Origin: a virus
Taxonomy: Duplodnaviria > Heunggongvirae > Uroviricota > Caudoviricetes
Reading direction: 5' to 3' (one strand)
DNA: 41,142 bases
IMG/VR virus record: IMGVR_UViG_2718218402_000007
Coordinates: 1 to 41,142 of that record
The notes below the pieces were generated by a model. That model ran no database searches. It was not told where the DNA came from and saw nothing but the letters and a program-made list of their open reading frames with translations. The position numbers and the translations under genes were made by a program. Numbering within the stretch: the stretch's first letter is position 1; each line of letters opens with the position of its first letter. Positions 1-10,248 of the stretch are shown one piece after another.

Positions 1-276
1 TTACCGACTGCGGCCTGAGTTTTTTAAGTGACGTAAAATCGTGTTGAGGCCAACGCCCATAATGCGGGCAGTTGCCCGGCATCCAACGCCATTCATGGCC
101 ATATCAATGATTTTCTGGTGCGTACCGGGTTGAGAAGCGGTGTAAGTGAACTGCAGTTGCCATGTTTTACGGCAGTGAGAGCAGAGATAGCGCTGATGTC
201 CGGCGGTGCTTTTGCCGTTACGCACCACCCCGTCAGTAGCTGAACAGGAGGGACGGCTGATAGAAACAGAAGCCAC
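1..276 (-). CDS. insA: IS1 InsA transposase/repressor
   Basis: 91-aa ORF, near-identical to the InsA ORF at 2093-2368 (one R/C difference at residue 8), lying inside the IS1 ends. Confidence 0.9.
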   Translation of the reverse strand: MASVSISRPSCSATDGVVRNGKSTAGHQRYLCSHCRKTWQLQFTYTASQPGTHQKIIDMAMNGVGCRATARIMGVGLNTILRHLKNSGRSR

Positions 277-331
277 TGGAGCACCTCAAAAACACCATCA
301 TACACTAAATCAGTAAGTTGGCAGCATCACC
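1..331 (-). mobile_element. IS1 copy, truncated by the window edge; terminal inverted repeat ends at 331
   Basis: Reverse complement of the IS1 left end (GGTGATGCTGCCAACTTACTGAT...) ends at 331. Sequence 1-331 is the reverse complement of the first ~330 bp of the complete IS1 at 2038-2805, with a few substitutions. Confidence 0.9.
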
Positions 332-619
332 TTCATCATAGATGCCGCCGTTCATCGCCATCTGCACCTGACCCTGACTATTAATATCCGCCAGCAGAGC
401 ATGTAACGTTCCCCACGCTTCGCCATTGGCTTTTTGCCAGTACATTTTCACCCGCTCTGTTTGAGGATTAACGGTATACGCCTGTACGGTCAGCGTCGGA
501 TCTGAGAGTGCGCAATCATCAGCGGCAACAGCAAACAAGGGAAGTAAGGTGAGGGCGAGAAAAATCCGTTTGAGATTCAAGGTGATCATTCCTTTACCAA
601 TGAGTAGCTGATGCGCCAT
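332..619 (-). pseudogene. N-terminal fragment of a secreted protein (probably the corA-neighbour yigE/DUF2233 family), truncated by the IS1 insertion
   Basis: ORF 305-619 starts with a signal-peptide-like segment (MITLNLKRIFLALTLLPLFAVAADDCA); its last residues and stop codon are encoded by the IS1 terminal repeat, so the reading frame runs into the IS. Identity as yigE is from recalled gene order, not a search. Confidence 0.5.
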
Positions 620-988
620 TATAGGTCCTGGATGTGGGATTTTTTTATCCTGTTAGCGACCTTGACGAGTACCAAAAAGCGCGAAGTTCAACTATTGTTC
701 TGTGGTGTTCTGTTGCGTGTTGACGGCAAAATTTTGCTGGCGTAACATGCGCGCACGATCACTCTAAGAGGACATTCGCCTTGGACACACCCAGTAGATA
801 CTGGCTCACTATCCTGTCATCCAGGATCAACTCCTAAGGCTATCCCTTTTTGCTGATAGCCTTAGCGGTTGTCAGCGACCTCAATTTTTCCCGTCGCGCT
901 GAGTCAGGCTGTTTAATGGTCTGAAACCCAATTTGTTTCTGTGTGCCCACCGAACTGTCCGATATTTTAAGCATTGGGAGTCCCGGTC

Positions 989-1939
989 ATGCTGAGCGCA
1001 TTTCAACTGGAAAATAACCGACTGACCCGGCTGGAAGTCGAAGAGTCACAACCCCTTGTAAATGCAGTATGGATTGATCTTGTCGAACCGGACGACGACG
1101 AGCGACTGCGCGTACAATCTGAACTTGGCCAGAGCCTGGCAACCCGCCCGGAACTGGAAGACATCGAAGCATCGGCACGTTTCTTTGAAGACGACGACGG
1201 CCTGCATATTCACTCCTTCTTCTTCTTTGAAGATGCGGAAGATCACGCCGGTAACTCCACTGTGGCATTTACCATCCGTGATGGTCGTCTGTTTACTCTG
1301 CGTGAGCGTGAACTGCCTGCATTCCGTCTGTATCGTATGCGCGCCCGTAGCCAGTCAATGGTGGACGGTAACGCCTACGAGCTGCTGTTGGATCTGTTCG
1401 AAACCAAAATCGAACAGCTGGCAGATGAAATTGAAAATATCTACAGCGATCTGGAGCAGTTGAGCCGGGTAATTATGGAAGGGCATCAGGGCGATGAGTA
1501 CGATGAGGCGCTCTCCACGCTGGCGGAACTGGAAGATATCGGCTGGAAAGTTCGCCTGTGTCTGATGGATACCCAGCGCGCGCTCAACTTCCTGGTGCGT
1601 AAAGCGCGTTTACCGGGTGGGCAACTGGAGCAGGCGCGTGAAATCCTGCGAGATATCGAATCCCTGCTGCCGCATAACGAATCCCTGTTCCAGAAGGTGA
1701 ACTTCCTGATGCAGGCGGCAATGGGTTTTATCAACATCGAGCAGAACCGCATCATCAAAATCTTCTCGGTGGTATCCGTGGTATTCCTGCCGCCGACGCT
1801 CGTTGCTTCCAGCTATGGCATGAACTTTGAGTTTATGCCAGAACTGAAGTGGAGCTTCGGCTACCCTGCCGCGATTATCTTTATGATCCTCGCGGGCCTG
1901 GCACCGTATCTGTACTTTAAGCGGAAGAACTGGTTGTAA
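989..1939 (+). CDS. corA: Magnesium/cobalt transport protein CorA
   Basis: 316-aa product beginning [15 protein letters not shown], with C-terminal YGMNF motif and two C-terminal TM helices; recognised as enterobacterial CorA. GGGAG Shine-Dalgarno 8 nt upstream of ATG at 989; the track start at 974 is an alternative in-frame start. Confidence 0.95.
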   Translation: MLSAFQLENNRLTRLEVEESQPLVNAVWIDLVEPDDDERLRVQSELGQSLATRPELEDIEASARFFEDDDGLHIHSFFFFEDAEDHAGNSTVAFTIRDGRLFTLRERELPAFRLYRMRARSQSMVDGNAYELLLDLFETKIEQLADEIENIYSDLEQLSRVIMEGHQGDEYDEALSTLAELEDIGWKVRLCLMDTQRALNFLVRKARLPGGQLEQAREILRDIESLLPHNESLFQKVNFLMQAAMGFINIEQNRIIKIFSVVSVVFLPPTLVASSYGMNFEFMPELKWSFGYPAAIIFMILAGLAPYLYFKRKNWL

Positions 1940-1946
1940 TATGAGT

Positions 1947-1980
1947 GCCGGATAAAGCTATTTTTTTATCCGGCTTATTT
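1947..1980 (+). terminator. Rho-independent terminator downstream of corA
   Basis: Perfect 10-bp stem GCCGGATAAA / TTTATCCGGC with an 8-nt loop, followed by a T-rich tract. Confidence 0.8.
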
Positions 1981-2092
1981 CTAAAAATTGTCTTTTTTAA
2001 AGTCATGCGGATTGAAAACTCTCTCTATTTTATTTTCGGTGATGCTGCCAACTTACTGATTTAGTGTATGATGGTGTTTTTGAGGTGCTCCA

Positions 2093-2368
2093 GTGGCTTC
2101 TGTTTCTATCAGCTGTCCCTCCTGTTCAGCTACTGACGGGGTGGTGCGTAACGGCAAAAGCACCGCCGGACATCAGCGCTATCTCTGCTCTCACTGCCGT
2201 AAAACATGGCAACTGCAGTTCACTTACACCGCTTCTCAACCCGGTACGCACCAGAAAATCATTGATATGGCCATGAATGGCGTTGGATGCCGGGCAACTG
2301 CCCGCATTATGGGCGTTGGCCTCAACACGATTTTACGTCACTTAAAAAACTCAGGCCGCAGTCGGTAA
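2093..2368 (+). CDS. insA: IS1 InsA
   Basis: 91-aa ORF with a zinc-finger-like CxxC...CxxC N-terminus typical of InsA. Confidence 0.95.
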
Positions 2369-2790
2369 CCTCGCGCATACAGCCGGGCAGTGACGTCATC
2401 GTCTGCGCGGAAATGGACGAACAGTGGGGCTATGTCGGGGCTAAATCGCGCCAGCGCTGGCTGTTTTACGCGTATGACAGGCTCCGGAAGACGGTTGCTG
2501 CGCACGTATTCGGTGAACGCACTCTGGCGACGCTGGGGCGTCTTATGAGCCTGCTGTCACCCTTTGACGTGGTGATATGGATGACGGATGGCTGGCCGCT
2601 GTATGAATCCCGCCTGAAGGGAAAGCTGCACGTAATCAGCAAGCGATATACGCAGCGAATTGAGCGGCATAACCTGAATCTGAGGCAGCACCTGGCACGG
2701 CTGGGACGGAAGTCGCTGTCGTTCTCAAAATCGGTGGAGCTGCATGACAAAGTCATCGGGCATTATCTGAACATAAAACACTATCAATAA
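2287..2790 (+). CDS. insB: IS1 InsB reading frame (expressed as the InsAB' transposase by -1 frameshift)
   Basis: 167-aa ORF overlapping the 3' end of insA in the -1 frame, the canonical IS1 arrangement. Confidence 0.9.
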
Positions 2791-2862
2791 GTTGGAGTCA
2801 TTACCTTAGCTCACATTATGAGGAAAGGTATCTTTTTGCGCTATGTAAATTCAAAGGGTTAG

Positions 2863-3732
<870 letters not shown>

Positions 3733-3792
3733 GTCTTTAAGTGATAAGCATAAACCGCAGCACGATCTTCTTGCATACGACGTGCTACGGTT

Positions 3793-4347
3793 TCATTTAT
3801 CTCCGACCGGAAACTTCTTACACAGTGTCGATATACCAACATCATAGATGATCGCCACCTTCTGGCGAGGAACGCCTGATGCAATTAATCGTCCGGCCTG
3901 CTCCCATTGTTCTGGTGTAAGTTTGGGGCGACGTCCACCAATTCGTCCCTGTGCGCGAGCTGCTTCCAGTCCAGCTTTTGTTCGTTCAACAATCAGTTCA
4001 CGCTCCATTTCAGCCAGGGCACCCATCACATGAAAGAAAAAGCGCCCCATTGGGGTACTGGTATCAATTGAATCCGTCAGACTACGAAAGTTGATGCCTC
4101 GTTCGCGCAACTCCTCCACCAGCACGACAAGATGCCGCATACTACGCCCTAGCCGATCCAGCTTCCAGACAACCAGAGTGTCACCTGCCGATAATGTCCT
4201 GAGCAGTTTTTTCAGTCCCGGCCTTTCGGACTTTGTACCGCTTATCTTGTCTTCAAAAATCAGCTCGCATCCTGCACAGTTCAGCGCATTACGTTGTAGA
4301 TCTGTGTTCTGGTCATTTGTTGACACACGTACATAGCCAATAAGCAT
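3793..4347 (-). CDS. pin: Serine-recombinase DNA invertase (Pin/Gin/Hin/Cin family)
   Basis: Starts MLIGYVRVSTNDQNTDLQ with the catalytic serine motif and a C-terminal HTH; GGGAG Shine-Dalgarno 9 nt upstream of ATG at 4347. Sits immediately beside an invertible tail-fibre segment. Confidence 0.9.
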   Translation of the reverse strand: MLIGYVRVSTNDQNTDLQRNALNCAGCELIFEDKISGTKSERPGLKKLLRTLSAGDTLVVWKLDRLGRSMRHLVVLVEELRERGINFRSLTDSIDTSTPMGRFFFHVMGALAEMERELIVERTKAGLEAARAQGRIGGRRPKLTPEQWEQAGRLIASGVPRQKVAIIYDVGISTLCKKFPVGDK

Positions 4348-4401
4348 GGTAGATCTCCCTGACAAAAGCAGGAATGATGCCATTTGCTCGTTATTTCTGC
4401 A

Positions 4402-4427
4402 TTTTCATAAACGTTGGTTTGGGAGAA
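4402..4427. other. Invertase crossover site (gix/pix-like), left copy
   Basis: TTTTCATAAACGTTGGTTTGGGAGAA; its inner half GGTTTGGGAGAA is the exact inverted repeat of TTCTCCCAAACC at 6270-6281. Resembles the hix/gix consensus (..AAACC..GGTTT..). Confidence 0.7.
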
Positions 4428-4775
4428 GCGGCGAAAAGGGATGTGGGCACAGGAGAAAATCAGATACCGGATATGTCATCCTGGAAAAGAAATCCGAGTT
4501 CTAATCGCTGGAGAAAATTGCCTGATGGAACCATCATTCAAATGGGAATATCAGCATCAGGGCCATTAGGCTCACCTGTAAATATCACCCTGCCGATATC
4601 TTTCAGCAATACCAATTATTGTGTTGTTGCATCGTACGATAATGCACGGTCAGGTGTGTCAACAATGGTTAGTTTTGCAGCATTACCTGTTTCACCATCG
4701 CAATTTTCCCTGATGTCATCTGTGACTGAGCAAGGAATAAATCCTTTTGCTTACTGGATTGCTTTTGGAGATTGA
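4416..4775 (+). CDS. Alternative tail-fibre C-terminal cassette (Sv'-like), promoterless in the present orientation
   Basis: The ORF begins inside the crossover site; the junction peptide ...VGLGE is shared with the expressed tail-fibre gene (...LGLGE at 6270-6295). Followed by its own tail-fibre assembly gene. Confidence 0.6.
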   Translation, partial: GLGEAAKRDVGTGENQIPDMSSWKRNPSSNRWRKLPDGTIIQMGISASGPLGSPVNITLPISFSNTNYCVVASYDNARSGVSTMVSFAALPVSPSQFSLMSSVTEQGINPFAYWIAFGD

Positions 4776-4778
4776 TAA

Positions 4779-5198
4779 ATGGACAGATACTTCTATTCAC
4801 AAAAAGAAAATGGTTTTTTTACCGATTTAAATAAAGCACCTTCAGATGCTGTTGAGATAACCACGGATGAATGGCTGTCACTACTGGATGGTCAGGATAA
4901 TGGCATGAAAATAGTCAGCAATCAGGAGGGATATCCGGTTTTGACAGAGCAACCACCTTTATCAAAAGAAAACCTTATTGCATTGGCAGAGTTGAAAAAA
5001 GGAAAACTTATTAATGAAGCCAACGAGCACATGAACAGCAGGCAATGGCCTGGTAAAGCGGCTATTGGTCGTCTGAAAGGTGAGGAACTGGCGCAATATA
5101 ATTTGTGGCTGGATTATCTGGACGCACTGGAACTGGTTGATACCTCCAGTGCTCCAGATATTGAATGGCCTACGCCTCCGGCAGTTCAGGCCAGATGA
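4779..5198 (+). CDS. Tail fibre assembly protein (U'-like), silent orientation
   Basis: 139 aa; the C-terminal motif (...LDYLDALELVDTSSAPDIEWPTPP) parallels the C-terminus of the convergent assembly protein at 5170-5772. Confidence 0.7.
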   Translation: MDRYFYSQKENGFFTDLNKAPSDAVEITTDEWLSLLDGQDNGMKIVSNQEGYPVLTEQPPLSKENLIALAELKKGKLINEANEHMNSRQWPGKAAIGRLKGEELAQYNLWLDYLDALELVDTSSAPDIEWPTPPAVQAR

Positions 5199-5772
5199 CA
5201 TCCGGCGCGGTGCTGGTATCTGTTGCCGTCACCGCGTCAATGTAATCCAGCACGGCGTTAAGTCTGGTTGTTTCTGCCTGCGTCAGTTTACGTCCGGCCT
5301 GTAATTTCAGCTGAATCAGACTAATGGAAGCCATTGCTGCATCAATCAGTGACTGGCGCTGTGCTTCTGCCGCGTCTACTGCGGCACTATGCTGTGCCTC
5401 AGTATCTGTCACCCATTTCTCACCATCCCATTTATCGTATGGCGTTAACGGGACGATAGTGGTTGTATTTTCAGGGTAATCACCCGGAGCTGTGATTTCT
5501 TTTGATTCTCCCGTTTCGGTGTTATAGACAACTTCACCGCGATGGTCTGGCACATATTCCCATGAGTTAAAATCTGCAGAACGGCAGATTGCATAACCAG
5601 CTTTATGTGTAACTGGTGCATCTAAACAAGAACATGCCGGGATACCGACGCCAACCGCAAGATATTCAGTTGATGTGGAAATATATTCCCGCGTTTCACC
5701 ATCATAATTATAAATGGTAATGTCTCCCGCTTTTATGGCAATGAGTTCGTTATTTAATACGGCTTTATTCAT
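5170..5772 (-). CDS. Tail fibre assembly protein (U/Tfa-like), expressed orientation
   Basis: 200 aa with a conserved Tfa C-terminus (...LDYIDAVTATDTSTAPDVIWPELPEA); directly downstream of the tail-fibre gene. Confidence 0.8.
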   Translation of the reverse strand: MNKAVLNNELIAIKAGDITIYNYDGETREYISTSTEYLAVGVGIPACSCLDAPVTHKAGYAICRSADFNSWEYVPDHRGEVVYNTETGESKEITAPGDYPENTTTIVPLTPYDKWDGEKWVTDTEAQHSAAVDAAEAQRQSLIDAAMASISLIQLKLQAGRKLTQAETTRLNAVLDYIDAVTATDTSTAPDVIWPELPEA

Positions 5773-6572
5773 CAGGCAGCTCTCACGATATAATTAAAGG
5801 CAATGTTACGAGGACGGTTTTCGTTTGCAGTTGGAACAATTCTTGAAGCATCAAGACCAATCACTTTTGGGTAAACAGCGCCATCTGTTCTTTCAGTCAC
5901 CATACTTCTGATTAAGGAGAAATAACTATTGTTCGTTGAGGGGTTCAAAGGCACTACTGCCCCCTTAAACGAGCCTACTGATTCCCATATTGAATAATTT
6001 TCGGTGTTTACAGTCTTGAACTCACCATAGATATTACGTATGGCATCGCCCTGAGCGGATAATATTGCCCTCCCCGTATCCATACCACGTCCGTCATCCC
6101 AGCCACGAATAAACTCACCACGTAAATCAGGCAATTTATTTGTCGGGTAAGCCTTTGCCAGCTCCGGGTATTCTTCAGCAGAAAAAGCTGCTCCGTTGCA
6201 TTTCAGCCAGCCTGTTGGCGGAGTGGCTGAAGGCCACGGAACAGGCACCCCAACAGGTAATGCAGAGCCTTCTCCCAAACCAAGGTTTTCGAGAGCCGTT
6301 TTCACCGTGCCATCCGATTTGATATCGCCAAACGGATTCTTGCGGCTTAACAGCAGCGCACGAAGCGCGGTAAGCAGCTGGTCGTGCCGCGCCTTCTCCA
6401 GACTGGCACCGGATGCCTCCACCACGCTACAAAGTTCTTCCTGCAACATGTCAAAGTAGTCATCATCCAGATCGGTGGCAGGCGTGCCAGTCTGGGGGTT
6501 ACCACGGGTAAAACCGTTCTTACCCGCGCCGAACTTATCCTTCTGCGCGGTTTTCGTGTCTATACGATGCAT
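5772..6572 (-). CDS. Tail fibre protein (constant N-terminus plus invertible C-terminal part)
   Basis: 266 aa; ATG at 6572 with GGAG Shine-Dalgarno. Contains the right crossover site, so residues after ...LENLGLGE are exchangeable by inversion. Confidence 0.8.
   Translation of the reverse strand: MHRIDTKTAQKDKFGAGKNGFTRGNPQTGTPATDLDDDYFDMLQEELCSVVEASGASLEKARHDQLLTALRALLLSRKNPFGDIKSDGTVKTALENLGLGEGSALPVGVPVPWPSATPPTGWLKCNGAAFSAEEYPELAKAYPTNKLPDLRGEFIRGWDDGRGMDTGRAILSAQGDAIRNIYGEFKTVNTENYSIWESVGSFKGAVVPLNPSTNNSYFSLIRSMVTERTDGAVYPKVIGLDASRIVPTANENRPRNIAFNYIVRAA
6270..6295. other. Invertase crossover site, right copy, inside the tail-fibre gene
   Basis: TTCTCCCAAACCAAGGTTTTCGAGAG; an internally symmetric site (CCAAACC AA GGTTTTC) in inverted orientation relative to the 4402-4427 site. 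Confidence 0.7.
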
Positions 6573-6575
6573 GGA

Positions 6576-7160
6576 TTACTCCGGATATTTAAAAATTACG
6601 TAGGTATGCGACGGGCAGAGTTTGTTAAGCACGCACTCGACAACGGTGTCGCCCCAGATACGCAGTGCGGAATCACAGGGATCGCCACATGTCATCCAGG
6701 TGGTGTTGGTGGCGGCTGGCATGTTGACCTGCCAGTAATACCGCCATTCCGGCGCATTCACCGCGTCAGTACAGGCCGATGAGCAGGTGAACGTGCTTTT
6801 GTCGTATCGCGTGATGGTAGCGTCTGGTCTGCCCAGGGCAGCAAGCTGTGCAAGGTAAAAATCCTCGTTGATGCCGCCCGCCAGGTTAACCTTCGCATCC
6901 AGTCGTTGCTGACGCTGGCGAAGGGTCTGTGTCCCTGCGGGAATACATTCATCCGGCAGACCGCACAGACGCTCCCAGCGGTTTATCAGTTCAGTGGTGG
7001 TGCGCGGATCCAGCTCCCGCATCAGGGCATCCGCACGCTGATGAACGCGGGTTAATGAAGGTGCCGCACCGGCAATCGCCGGATCGCTGGCTGACCATGC
7101 AGGACCGGGCGGCAACAGTGCCGATAACAGGCGGATGTAATCATCGTTTGTCACGTCCAT
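6576..7160 (-). CDS. Tail/baseplate protein (Mu gp48 / DUF2313-like)
   Basis: 194 aa; position between baseplate J and the tail fibre; family recognised from sequence. Confidence 0.7.
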   Translation of the reverse strand: MDVTNDDYIRLLSALLPPGPAWSASDPAIAGAAPSLTRVHQRADALMRELDPRTTTELINRWERLCGLPDECIPAGTQTLRQRQQRLDAKVNLAGGINEDFYLAQLAALGRPDATITRYDKSTFTCSSACTDAVNAPEWRYYWQVNMPAATNTTWMTCGDPCDSALRIWGDTVVECVLNKLCPSHTYVIFKYPE

Positions 7161-8209
7161 GAAATCGTCCCCAGAACCGCCAGTTCATTTTTTGCAATGG
7201 AGATATTGTCCGCCGGGGCAAGCAACTGATGGCTGTATTCCCCGTTCGCACCGGAAATCGCCTCACTGATACGCGATACCTTCAGTTCTCCCTGCGGATA
7301 ACCATCACGCAGCAGGAACGAACGCAACTCGGCGGTGATGGCAGCCCGTATTTCCGGTGTGTCCGGCGTCACGCGGATATGAAAATCCACTTTATGCGCC
7401 ACCGGCCTGAATACATACAAATCAGAGCCTGCCACCGGGGCCAGTGGCTCAATGTGTTGTCTTGCCGCCGTTTCCGTTGATTCTTCCGGAATGGGATTAA
7501 TCAGGTCACTGCTGGCAATCATCACACCGACAGTTCCCGTTCCCATCCAGTGACGGTATGTCCATGCGCGGGTAATGCCGGGCACTTCTTTAGCCCAGAC
7601 GACATAGTCCACGTCAGCCCCGCCCTGCGGCGTCCAGTAATACCGCTCAATGATGCGGGCGCGCCACGTTTCCAGATCTTCAGTATCAAATCCGCCTGTC
7701 AGGGTGTCAGCCACACCGGAAGACGGCAGACCATTCACCGGCGTGACCAGGATTAATGACGTACCGTCGTCAGCGTTACCGACCGCGCCTGAACTTGAGC
7801 AGGCGATCGGCACGCGCAGGACACCACCGGAGCTGGTTGCATCGGCAGTTGCCGTGTACTGAACCAGGTCATCGCGCTGAATAACACTCCCGGCGGTCAC
7901 CTTCAGGCCATCGCTGACACCTTCCCAGCGCATATACCCGCTGGCAGCCGTGGCCCCCTTGCGCGGACACCGTTTCATCGCAGCATGTCGCGCCAGCCAG
8001 GACTCATCGCACAGGTCAGGCAGCATGTTCATTGCCAGATAATCGATGTACCCGTAAACCGTATGCAGCGCCGCCGCATACACCTTTGCCCGCACGTCTT
8101 CATCCATGCGCCGGAGCGTGTCGCTGACGTCCAGCCTGGCGAATAAATCGTTACGGAGCATACTGATATTTTCTGCCAGCGTCGGGCGCTGAAATTCACT
8201 GTCCGCCAT
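7151..8209 (-). CDS. Baseplate J-like protein (Mu gp47-like)
   Basis: 352 aa; size and position in a Mu-type baseplate operon. Confidence 0.8.
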   Translation of the reverse strand: MADSEFQRPTLAENISMLRNDLFARLDVSDTLRRMDEDVRAKVYAAALHTVYGYIDYLAMNMLPDLCDESWLARHAAMKRCPRKGATAASGYMRWEGVSDGLKVTAGSVIQRDDLVQYTATADATSSGGVLRVPIACSSSGAVGNADDGTSLILVTPVNGLPSSGVADTLTGGFDTEDLETWRARIIERYYWTPQGGADVDYVVWAKEVPGITRAWTYRHWMGTGTVGVMIASSDLINPIPEESTETAARQHIEPLAPVAGSDLYVFRPVAHKVDFHIRVTPDTPEIRAAITAELRSFLLRDGYPQGELKVSRISEAISGANGEYSHQLLAPADNISIAKNELAVLGTISWT

Positions 8210-8624
8210 GCGTTATCGCACTCCACAGATCATCAAAAGAAATCATTACCGGTCCGTCACGACGCCAGAGAGTGATACTGTTACCCAGTTCATTAATCCC
8301 GGTGCGGCGGATATCCAGATCAATACGGGACACCACGCCGTCATCAATCATCCATTGCAGGCATTCGCGGATATACCCCCTTACCGTCTGCACCAGCTGA
8401 TTGGTCAGTTTGCTGCGCTGAAGCAGCCACAGTCGGGAGCCGTAACGGTCATTCTGTACCGCAGGCCAGGTATCCCCCCACCATCCCATCGGGACGTCGG
8501 CGTTGTCATCAGGCTCCGCCCGCCGCCAGGTAAACAGGGAAATCACCACGGCGCGGGTCAGCGGATCCAGTTGTGCGCTGGCGCAGGTGCGTTTACCGTT
8601 CACCGTCAGCCACAGTTCCATCAT
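8196..8624 (-). CDS. Baseplate protein (Mu gp46-like)
   Basis: 142 aa; operon position between the spike and baseplate J. Confidence 0.7.
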   Translation of the reverse strand: MMELWLTVNGKRTCASAQLDPLTRAVVISLFTWRRAEPDDNADVPMGWWGDTWPAVQNDRYGSRLWLLQRSKLTNQLVQTVRGYIRECLQWMIDDGVVSRIDLDIRRTGINELGNSITLWRRDGPVMISFDDLWSAITHGGQ

Positions 8625-9169
8625 GCCTCCATCGCTTTATCAGGTTTGTCGGTGTTACTGCCCTGACCGTTCTCTCTGTGACGATGCCCGTTATAGGCAA
8701 GCCGCATCGCTGACATGGTGGTGCCGGTGGAGTCGCACAGGTCTTTCACCTGTCCGGTCACTTCCAGGTCCATTTCAAAACGTGCCTTAGGCGCATTGCG
8801 AAACGTGATCGTTTTACCTGCACCGTCCACCACGATCCCCTCCCGGGCCAGCGTCACGGACTGCCCCTGATCGTCATAGACAGCCACCTCACCCGTCTGC
8901 AGCCCTTTCAGGCGGTAGCGCCGGTCCGACACCGTAACAACCACCGCATGAGAACGGTCGCCATCCGGAAACAACACCACCGCTTCCGCACCGCTGTTTG
9001 CCCTTGCGGTAAAACCGTAGGGTTCAAGATGTTCAACCCCGGCTTTGGGTTCACCGGCAATCAGGGACACATCCACGGTCTGACATTTCGTGGCGGCACT
9101 GATGCTTTTCACCACTGCCCGCCCAATCAGGCCGAGGAGTTGTCGCTGCATGGCTTCAATCGCCCTCAT
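8621..9169 (-). CDS. Baseplate assembly/spike protein V (Mu gp45-like)
   Basis: 182 aa; family recognised from sequence and operon position. Confidence 0.75.
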   Translation of the reverse strand: MRAIEAMQRQLLGLIGRAVVKSISAATKCQTVDVSLIAGEPKAGVEHLEPYGFTARANSGAEAVVLFPDGDRSHAVVVTVSDRRYRLKGLQTGEVAVYDDQGQSVTLAREGIVVDGAGKTITFRNAPKARFEMDLEVTGQVKDLCDSTGTTMSAMRLAYNGHRHRENGQGSNTDKPDKAMEA

Positions 9170-10248
9170 CAGAACGGGTCCTCCTGTACTCTGGCTTTTT
9201 TCTTTTTCCGCACGCCGGGATCTTCGGGTTCAGGCAGATAAGCATCAGGCGGGCCGACACGGATTTCCGTCAGGGTGCCGTTCTGGTCCTGAGTAAACGT
9301 GACTTCCGAAACAAGCAGTTCGGTATTGTCGAAACCACAGACCGGATCGAAGACAATCACCCGCTGGTTGGGCTGCCACAGCGTACCGTTACCCTGTCGC
9401 CAGCCCTGCACCACATAAGTGGTTTCATCCGTCCGCGCCGCCCGTTGTCGGGCTTCAAAGTCAGCACGCGCAATACAGCCTGCCCCCGTGGCCTGCCCTG
9501 TCTGCCTGATATACATCGGACGGTAACGGGCAATAAATGCGTCCTCTGTGCGGGCCCGCAGCGCGGTGGTGGTGGCCTCACCGAAATCATCGTCGTTTCC
9601 GGCACGCTGCCCCGCCACCTGGTAAACAGAAAACCGCTCCCGGATACTCTTCTCCGTATCGCAGGAAAGGATGTTTTCCCCAAGTACCAGCGCGGTATGT
9701 GCCCGCGTTGAGCCAATACCGCCAATCACCAGCCTGCCGTGCGGGTCGTCGTAAGCCAGTGCCTGCTGCTGACCGAGTATTTTGTTGATTACCTCAATCA
9801 CCGTTTCACCGTGATCAGGCTGAACATCAGGAATAACACCCGACGGCGCACCGCTGTTCACCACCTCAATGCCGAAAGGCGCAGCAAGCGCCTGCGCAAT
9901 CTGCACCAGCGAGCGTCCGTTAAACTGTGTCGGTTCGGCTGCACAGTCAATCAGGTCAGCCGTCAGACTACGTCCGGCAATACCGGTGCTGACCGAACGG
10001 GCATCGTAACGAACGGGAGTCGCCTCCACCCAGCCGGTGATCACCAGCTCATCACCAATCAGCACTTCCACTTTTGAACCGTTTCTAATGCGCGGCTGAA
10101 GCGTGGTGATACCCTCATCTCCCGGCCACTGGCGGGTGATCTCCACACTGAAATCCCGCGCCAGCCGTTCAATACCGGCACCGATGCGCACCGATGTCCA
10201 GCCATTCCACTCCCGGCCATTTACCCGTAGCGTGACATTGTCGTTCAT
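9169..10248 (-). CDS. Baseplate hub / tail protein (Mu gpP-like)
   Basis: 359 aa; lies between the DNA-circulation-like protein and the spike. Confidence 0.75.
   Translation of the reverse strand: MNDNVTLRVNGREWNGWTSVRIGAGIERLARDFSVEITRQWPGDEGITTLQPRIRNGSKVEVLIGDELVITGWVEATPVRYDARSVSTGIAGRSLTADLIDCAAEPTQFNGRSLVQIAQALAAPFGIEVVNSGAPSGVIPDVQPDHGETVIEVINKILGQQQALAYDDPHGRLVIGGIGSTRAHTALVLGENILSCDTEKSIRERFSVYQVAGQRAGNDDDFGEATTTALRARTEDAFIARYRPMYIRQTGQATGAGCIARADFEARQRAARTDETTYVVQGWRQGNGTLWQPNQRVIVFDPVCGFDNTELLVSEVTFTQDQNGTLTEIRVGPPDAYLPEPEDPGVRKKKKARVQEDPF

Larger units (their letters stand above)
2038..2805 (+). mobile_element. Complete IS1 (768 bp) with terminal inverted repeats
   Basis: Starts GGTGATGCTGCCAACTTACTGAT and ends ...GTTGGAGTCATTACC. 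Contains insA and insB. The 9 bp on either side (tttattttc / ttagctcac) differ, so there is no target-site duplication. Confidence 0.95.

Noticed and set aside
987-1758. ORFs 987-1268(-), 1046-1246(-), 1062-1463(+), 1486-1758(-) overlapping corA
   Set aside because: Shadow ORFs in alternative frames or on the opposite strand of a well-recognised, full-length corA.
93-2276. 70-aa ORFs 93-305(-) and 2064-2276(+) inside the IS1 copies
   Set aside because: Alternative-frame ORFs overlapping insA within IS1; not part of the canonical insA/insB coding set.
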